Origin: a virus
Lineage: Duplodnaviria; Caudoviricetes
Virus record (IMG/VR): IMGVR_UViG_3300032330_002024
Span: 6,993 to 70,992 of that record
DNA length: 64,000 bases
Direction: 5' to 3' (one strand)
How positions within the stretch are numbered: the first letter of the stretch is position 1; every line of letters begins with the position of its first letter. Position numbers and translations under genes: made by a program. Below the pieces are notes generated by a model, which made no database searches, was not told the origin of the DNA, and was given only the letters and a program-made list of their open reading frames with translations. Of this stretch, positions 59,152 through 64,000 are shown piece after piece.

Positions 59152-60693
59152 ATGAAAAACTCTAAAGACAAATACATCAATTCATTAGTTTCAAGACTAA
59201 TTAACGAAACTTTGAATGATAAGGCGGACAGTTTAGTATCAAAAATTAAATCAAGTATGGACGAAGATTTAGGTGGTATGGAAGATTCACATCCTCGTTT
59301 TGGTAACCTTAACTTTTCTGATTACACAAGTGATGAGATTAAAAATATGTTAAGAAAACCAATGATTGAACCAAAAGATATTACAGTTGATGATGAAGAA
59401 GGGTATGATGATGAAGATGATGATATGATGTATGTACCAAAAAGAAGAAAAACTAGTTTTGAAGATGAAGAAGAAGATGAATATGATTCTTATGAAAACA
59501 TGTACGAAGAATTAGAAGAAGGTATGGGTATGGCTTGTGAGTCATGTGGTGGAACTTTATCTGAAGGTAAATGTACTGAATGTGGATGGTCTAAAGACTC
59601 AATGGAAGAAGAATATAGTAAAGAAACTAAATTTAGACCTGCAGGGTCATCATTTGACTATGTTCAAGAAGAAGATATGGAAGATGAAGAGGGTGTAGAC
59701 CAAGATATGTCTTCAGCTTATGAAGAAAGAGTATCAAGATTTTGTGATACTGAAAGTGAAGATTATAATGAAGAATCTTGTAACTATTTGAAGAATGATT
59801 TTTTAACTGAAGAAATGAAAGAAGCTCTTCACGGTAAACAAAGAAAATTAGATAAGAACAAAAACAATAAGATTGATTCTGAAGATTTCAAAATGTTGAG
59901 AAAAGGTAAGAAGGAGACAAAAGAAGGTAAGAAGTTTCCTGATTTAACAGGTGACGGTAAAGTTACTTATGCTGACATATTAAAAGGACGTGGAGTTAAA
60001 TTGAAATCAAAAGTTGCAGAATCATTACAGTTAACTGAAGATGAGTTAGTATCTTTAATTGAAAAAATCATTAAAGAAGATAAAAAAACAAATTTTAAAA
60101 AGTCTAATACAAAAGGTTTGGATGTTTATCAAAAGGCTCATACAGGTTCTGGTAAAGAAAATAATGAATATTTGAAATCTGTTGCTAAAAAAATGAAGGA
60201 ATATCTGAAAGATGGTTCTAAGGGTGAATATGAGGAAAATCCTAAACATTTCCCTAAGAATAACGGACAAATAGAGAAAATGAAAAAAGCTACTTATCAA
60301 GTATCTAAAGAAGGTGAAGAATTTTTAGATGATTATATGAGACCTGGTATGGAGAATCTTGATTATGATGAGGTACATCCTAACGAAGATTGGATGAAAG
60401 ACAATATTGAGGGTTCATCAAGAACAGGTAATAATCCTGATTGGGGAAATGCTGAAGAAACAGATTTAGGTGCAAAACTTAATAAAAAACGAAAAGAAAA
60501 TAAATTTGCTAAAGCTAGAAGAATGGCTGCAAATAAATCACCACAACCTGTTGTTAGTGATAAACCAGGTCAAGAGTCAGGAAAAGGGTTAAATATTAAA
60601 CTTGAGTCAACAGAAAACAAAAAAAATGAATTGTTATCTGAAGAGTTCAACAGAATGAAAAATTTGATGGGTTACAATAAAAAAACTCAATAA
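59152..60693 (+). CDS. Highly acidic protein with Zn ribbon and two EF-hand/dockerin-like loops; putative head scaffold/internal protein
   Basis: CESCGG..CTECG; DKNKNNKIDSED; DLTGDGKVTYAD; C-terminal LLSEEFNRMKNLMGY. Confidence 0.6.
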   Translation: MKNSKDKYINSLVSRLINETLNDKADSLVSKIKSSMDEDLGGMEDSHPRFGNLNFSDYTSDEIKNMLRKPMIEPKDITVDDEEGYDDEDDDMMYVPKRRKTSFEDEEEDEYDSYENMYEELEEGMGMACESCGGTLSEGKCTECGWSKDSMEEEYSKETKFRPAGSSFDYVQEEDMEDEEGVDQDMSSAYEERVSRFCDTESEDYNEESCNYLKNDFLTEEMKEALHGKQRKLDKNKNNKIDSEDFKMLRKGKKETKEGKKFPDLTGDGKVTYADILKGRGVKLKSKVAESLQLTEDELVSLIEKIIKEDKKTNFKKSNTKGLDVYQKAHTGSGKENNEYLKSVAKKMKEYLKDGSKGEYEENPKHFPKNNGQIEKMKKATYQVSKEGEEFLDDYMRPGMENLDYDEVHPNEDWMKDNIEGSSRTGNNPDWGNAEETDLGAKLNKKRKENKFAKARRMAANKSPQPVVSDKPGQESGKGLNIKLESTENKKNELLSEEFNRMKNLMGYNKKTQ

Positions 60694-60721
60694 TTCACAT
60701 TTTAAAAACTATGATTATAAT
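60694..60721 (+). promoter_or_regulatory. Sigma70-type promoter
   Basis: TTCACA-16 nt-TATAAT. Confidence 0.4.
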
Positions 60722-60755
60722 TTCTCCATAAGAGTTTCTTATGGAGAATTTTTTT
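60722..60755 (+). terminator. Perfect 12-bp hairpin plus T7 run overlapping the next start codon
   Basis: TTCTCCATAAGA-gtt-TCTTATGGAGAA-TTTTTTT; ATG 60741 lies in the 3' arm. Confidence 0.65.
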
Positions 60756-61214
60756 AATTATATAACCCAACCCGTTAAACCTGAAGACGTTGAAAAATGG
60801 TTTAAGGGTAATAACATCTTAAACGAAAAGTTGGAATTATTTTCTGATTTTTCCCATTCTTTAAATTTATTGATAGTTGAAACATATTTGGGTCAACAGG
60901 ATTCTCCGAATGAAACAAAAATACTAATGTCTGATGAAGATAATAGTAAACATTTTGAATGGTGTTGGGATAAAACAGTTAATAATTTTCTTAAAGAAGA
61001 TTTAAATTTTGAAAACAGAGGGGAACACTTTGATTATTTTAAATCATTCTTCGATGAAATCTTTTACACTCAAAAAGACGATAAGATAAGAAAATCAATT
61101 ACAAATTTCTTTACTGATTTATTTGATATAAATAAACCATTTACAAAATCTGATTTGGATATGGTCTCAACAATTTATAAAATTTTAGATAAACATTTAA
61201 GTAAAAAATCTTGA
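60741..61214 (+). CDS. Hypothetical protein (157 aa)
   Basis: Coding-strand ORF, no recognised motif. Confidence 0.7.
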   Translation: MENFFNYITQPVKPEDVEKWFKGNNILNEKLELFSDFSHSLNLLIVETYLGQQDSPNETKILMSDEDNSKHFEWCWDKTVNNFLKEDLNFENRGEHFDYFKSFFDEIFYTQKDDKIRKSITNFFTDLFDINKPFTKSDLDMVSTIYKILDKHLSKKS

Positions 61215-61282
61215 TTTTTATTTACTACGGATTAAAAAAACTTACAATTATATTGTTACAATAAACATAAATTTTTATTATA

Positions 61283-61465
61283 ATGGAAACGTTAGAACAA
61301 ATCAAAACATTGACCGAAGAACTTTCAGTGGACGCTACAAAATTCTTCAAAGGAAATAAAAGTGCTGGAACTAGAGCTAGAAAAATTGCTCAAGACTTGA
61401 AGTCACTTTTACAAACTTTGAGAAATGAAATTTTGGACGAAAGAAAAAAAGATGAGAATGCTTAA
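61283..61465 (+). CDS. Histone H1-like (Hc1-family) small protein as found in Bacteroidota
   Basis: KGNKSAGTRARK core within a helical hairpin. Confidence 0.7.
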   Translation: METLEQIKTLTEELSVDATKFFKGNKSAGTRARKIAQDLKSLLQTLRNEILDERKKDENA

Positions 61466-61643
61466 TATAGATAATATTTTTATATTCTTCTTTATTTTTT
61501 CAACACTGTATATTATACGGACAGGGTTTAAATTTATAAGTGCCCTATTACAAAATCCACCATCAAAAATGGTGATTAGTAGTAGGGAACTTATATTTTT
61601 TGGGGTATTTCTATCATACATTATCACATATTTAATTAACTAA
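61452..61643 (+). CDS. Small two-TM membrane protein
   Basis: Probable ATG at 61452 (track 61425); IFIFFFIFSTLYII and LIFFGVFLSYIITYLI. Confidence 0.55.
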   Translation: MRMLNIDNIFIFFFIFSTLYIIRTGFKFISALLQNPPSKMVISSRELIFFGVFLSYIITYLIN

Positions 61644-61644
61644 T

Positions 61645-62070
61645 ATGAGTTTATTTAAAGAATTTTCACAACTATTACCATATCTACAGTCAGTAAGAAA
61701 ACTTGAAAAATATTTGAGTTTTGATGTACAATTTCCAAAAACATGGAAAATACTAAAAAAATATGTTAACGAAGAAAAAGTTTTACAACAGGAAAGTAAA
61801 AATACTGAAGAGAGATTGTTTTCTTTTGTTAGCGAAATAAATGAAGAAGATGTTAATCTAACTATTGATAATATCAAAAATATCATTTCTTACAATTTAG
61901 AACTTGAAATGAAAGAAAAATTGTTTGATGATAAAGTTAATGAATTAAAAAATATTTTTGAAAAACAGAATTTAAATTCGTTAAAAAATCTACAATTCCA
62001 AATACCGAAAAATAAAATTAAACTGAGTGATGATGAAGAACCAATCCAACCTGAAGTGGTATCAGAGTGA
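61645..62070 (+). CDS. Hypothetical protein (141 aa)
   Basis: Coding-strand ORF. Confidence 0.7.
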   Translation: MSLFKEFSQLLPYLQSVRKLEKYLSFDVQFPKTWKILKKYVNEEKVLQQESKNTEERLFSFVSEINEEDVNLTIDNIKNIISYNLELEMKEKLFDDKVNELKNIFEKQNLNSLKNLQFQIPKNKIKLSDDEEPIQPEVVSE

Positions 62071-62215
62071 AATTAACAAAGACAAAAAAGATTTAGATAA
62101 TCAAAAGTTAAAGTTAATTAATGAAATAAAAAAATTCAAAAAAGAAGAAATTGTGCCTCAGCCACCTAAAAAATTAAATTTATGGAAACGAATAATCAAG
62201 GTATTAACCAATTAG
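62027..62215 (+). CDS. Hypothetical protein (about 60 aa)
   Basis: Overlapping chain of small ORFs; basic C-terminal KKLNLWKRIIKVL. Confidence 0.5.
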   Translation: MMMKNQSNLKWYQSEINKDKKDLDNQKLKLINEIKKFKKEEIVPQPPKKLNLWKRIIKVLTN

Positions 62216-62433
62216 TTGAAAAAATGGCATTATTTACCGATGCTATGGATGAAATGTTTCCAAAAGGTAAAAAGATTGTTTTGGTTGAGTTACCAATCCA
62301 AGAATTTACTCTTACAAAACTTCAATTTGGAAACAGTGATTTAAATACTAAAAAATTTACAGTTAATATATCAGGACTTGAATTTGTATTTATTCAGGAT
62401 GGGTTGTTGAATGACGAACCAAATAGTTTTTAG
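62182..62433 (+). CDS. Hypothetical protein (83 aa)
   Basis: Coding-strand ORF. Confidence 0.55.
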   Translation: METNNQGINQLVEKMALFTDAMDEMFPKGKKIVLVELPIQEFTLTKLQFGNSDLNTKKFTVNISGLEFVFIQDGLLNDEPNSF

Positions 62434-63031
62434 GGAAACCTTTTTCGACTAAAAGATTATATAGATATTTTCTTTGAGTGGTTGAAGTATCTTTAACTAG
62501 TAGACAATTTTGTTTATTGTTATCCATCAAATATTGTGTCAAAACATCAATAAATCTTTCGGAGTCGGAAATAGTTTTAAAGGTGAATAGATTGAAATCA
62601 TCATCATTTTGAACAATAATTTTATTATTTAATTTAGATATTAGTGTCAGACCTGATTCAGATAAATAAGATTTTATAAACTCATGTATTGTTATTTTTT
62701 CTTTCGTTTGGTAATTAACAAAAGTTTCTTCAATATTGTAGTTTAAAATTTTGGTAATTATAAAATTATCGTCATCCAATTCAACTTTAACCTGTCTACC
62801 TATTTCATCCTTTAAGAATATGGGTAAAAATGTTCCTGAAGTTTTTTCTAAAATTGATAATTCATAATTAGAATGTTGACCACCCTCAATTTTTTTAGGG
62901 AATAGAACTGAATCACTTTCAATCATAAGATTTTCAAAAAAAGTTTTTGCCTTTTTATGTGTTTTAAACTTATTGATTATTTTCTTTTTTACCTTATTTT
63001 TGAATAATACTATTTGAAAATTATAATCCAT
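62390..63031 (-). CDS. Hypothetical protein (213 aa)
   Basis: Only long ORF here; preceded by a minus-strand TATTTAT. Confidence 0.7.
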   Translation of the reverse strand: MDYNFQIVLFKNKVKKKIINKFKTHKKAKTFFENLMIESDSVLFPKKIEGGQHSNYELSILEKTSGTFLPIFLKDEIGRQVKVELDDDNFIITKILNYNIEETFVNYQTKEKITIHEFIKSYLSESGLTLISKLNNKIIVQNDDDFNLFTFKTISDSERFIDVLTQYLMDNNKQNCLLVKDTSTTQRKYLYNLLVEKGFPKNYLVRHSTTHPE

Positions 63032-63049
63032 TACAAAAAAATAAAATTT

Positions 63050-63056
63050 ATAAATA
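63050..63056 (-). promoter_or_regulatory. TATTTAT motif on the minus strand
   Basis: Plus strand ATAAATA; 18 nt before the minus-strand ATG at 63031. Confidence 0.45.
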
Positions 63057-63064
63057 TTAAGTAA

Positions 63065-63991
63065 ATGAACGAATCAAGTTTCTACGATGTTTTAGGTGTT
63101 AAAGAAAACGCGACTGCTGATGAGATAAAAAAAAGTTACAGAAAATTAGCTGTTGAACATCATCCTGATAAAGGTGGTGACGAAGAAAAATTCAAAAGAA
63201 TTTCTGAAGCTTACGATATTTTGGGTGATGAAGATAAAAGGAAAAAATATGATAACCAAAAAAACAACCCTTTCTCAAATATGGGAGGTGGTGGTTTTAA
63301 TCCATTTGAGGACTTGTTTAATAGTTTTAATCAAGGTCAAAGAAGACAAACAGTACCTGATAAAGTTATTGACTTAGAATTAAATGTTGTGGAATCATAT
63401 CATGGGTCTGACAAAACAATAAACTATTCTAGAAAACATTCATGTAAATCATGTTCATCAACTGGTGGTGAACGTAAGAATTGTCAAAAGTGTCAAGGAC
63501 ATGGTTTTATAACTATGAGAGTTGGTAATGGTATGTTTGTTCAAATGGTGAGACAAACATGTGACGTATGTAACGGTGAAGGGTCACAGCTCATTAAAAA
63601 ATGTAATACTTGTAATGGTGCTGGTACTGTTTCTGAATTTGAAACAATATCTGTTAATATTCCATCAGGTGCTGATGAAGGTCAATTTTTTAAATTACAA
63701 GGTAAAGGTGATTTCCATAAAGGAATTTACGGAAATTTAATTTTGAAAATTAAAATAGTATCTGTTAATAATTTTGAAAAAAATCTAAATGATTTAATTT
63801 ATAATGCTTATTTGAATTTAGAAGAGATACAAAGAGATGTTATTACAATACCTCATCCTGATGGTGATGTTACTGTTAATTTACCAAAAGTATTTGACAC
63901 ATCAAAACCCCTAAGATTGAAATCAAAAGGGTTTAAGGGTACACCAAATGGTGATTTGTACGTTAAGATGTTTGTTAAATTTGAAAGGTAA
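63065..63991 (+). CDS. dnaJ: DnaJ (Hsp40) chaperone, type I
   Basis: J domain with HPD, G/F linker, four CxxCxxxG repeats, C-terminal substrate-binding domain. Confidence 0.9.
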   Translation: MNESSFYDVLGVKENATADEIKKSYRKLAVEHHPDKGGDEEKFKRISEAYDILGDEDKRKKYDNQKNNPFSNMGGGGFNPFEDLFNSFNQGQRRQTVPDKVIDLELNVVESYHGSDKTINYSRKHSCKSCSSTGGERKNCQKCQGHGFITMRVGNGMFVQMVRQTCDVCNGEGSQLIKKCNTCNGAGTVSEFETISVNIPSGADEGQFFKLQGKGDFHKGIYGNLILKIKIVSVNNFEKNLNDLIYNAYLNLEEIQRDVITIPHPDGDVTVNLPKVFDTSKPLRLKSKGFKGTPNGDLYVKMFVKFER

Positions 63992-64000
63992 AATTAAAAC

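Noticed and set aside
11791-61230. TACTACGG shared by two promoter regions (11791 and 61223)
   Set aside because: Only two instances; cannot be distinguished from chance without the full genome
380-63377. Short antisense or alternative-frame ORFs in the track (e.g. 380-580, 1472-1801, 12129-12368, 42322-42507, 54690-55019, 63153-63377)
   Set aside because: Fully nested in long, motif-supported genes; no recognisable motifs; typical shadow ORFs
16657-63991. Eukaryotic giant-virus or cellular origin suggested by the RNR type and DnaJ
   Set aside because: gp25/gp6/hub baseplate, gp32-like SSB, sigma70 and peptidoglycan hydrolases indicate a tailed bacteriophage
1-64000. tRNA, rRNA or structured ncRNA genes
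   Set aside because: The longest intergenic gap is about 110 nt and none shows cloverleaf or T-loop motifs

Overview
Densely coding, AT-rich (roughly 30% GC by eye) segment of a large contractile-tailed (jumbo-type, T4-like replication set) bacteriophage, most likely infecting Bacteroidota. Virion blocks: tube-initiator with an inserted OmpA-like domain, LysM protein, 2213-aa hub, gp25, gp6/J-like and gpI-like wedge, and SprB-repeat and Pro/Thr-linker fibres. These alternate with DNA-metabolism blocks: gp32-like SSB, RecA, 5'-3' exonuclease, DnaB, NrdB/NrdA, RuvC, primase, PD-(D/E)XK nuclease, SbcD/SbcC. A three-gene adhesin cassette (Ig module, double beta-propeller, LRR) lies on the opposite strand between ruvC and primase. 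The right end carries a host-like sigma70, a lysis-like cluster, acidic putative head-internal proteins, an Hc1-like protein and DnaJ. Most notable self-derived signals: (1) modules shared between the baseplate wedge, the fibres and the inverted cassette, suggesting a modular, Cys-rich, branched adhesin system; (2) a sense-oriented TATTTAT motif before ten genes (candidate late promoter); (3) a shared [IL]xEE-x2-R...Y helix and LxE sites in acidic late proteins; (4) apparent relocation of the SbcD C-terminal domain onto SbcC; (5) a membrane hairpin inside a 1715-aa baseplate-region protein. All assignments come from motif recognition by eye; no database searches were run. No tRNA, CRISPR array, integrase or RT was seen.
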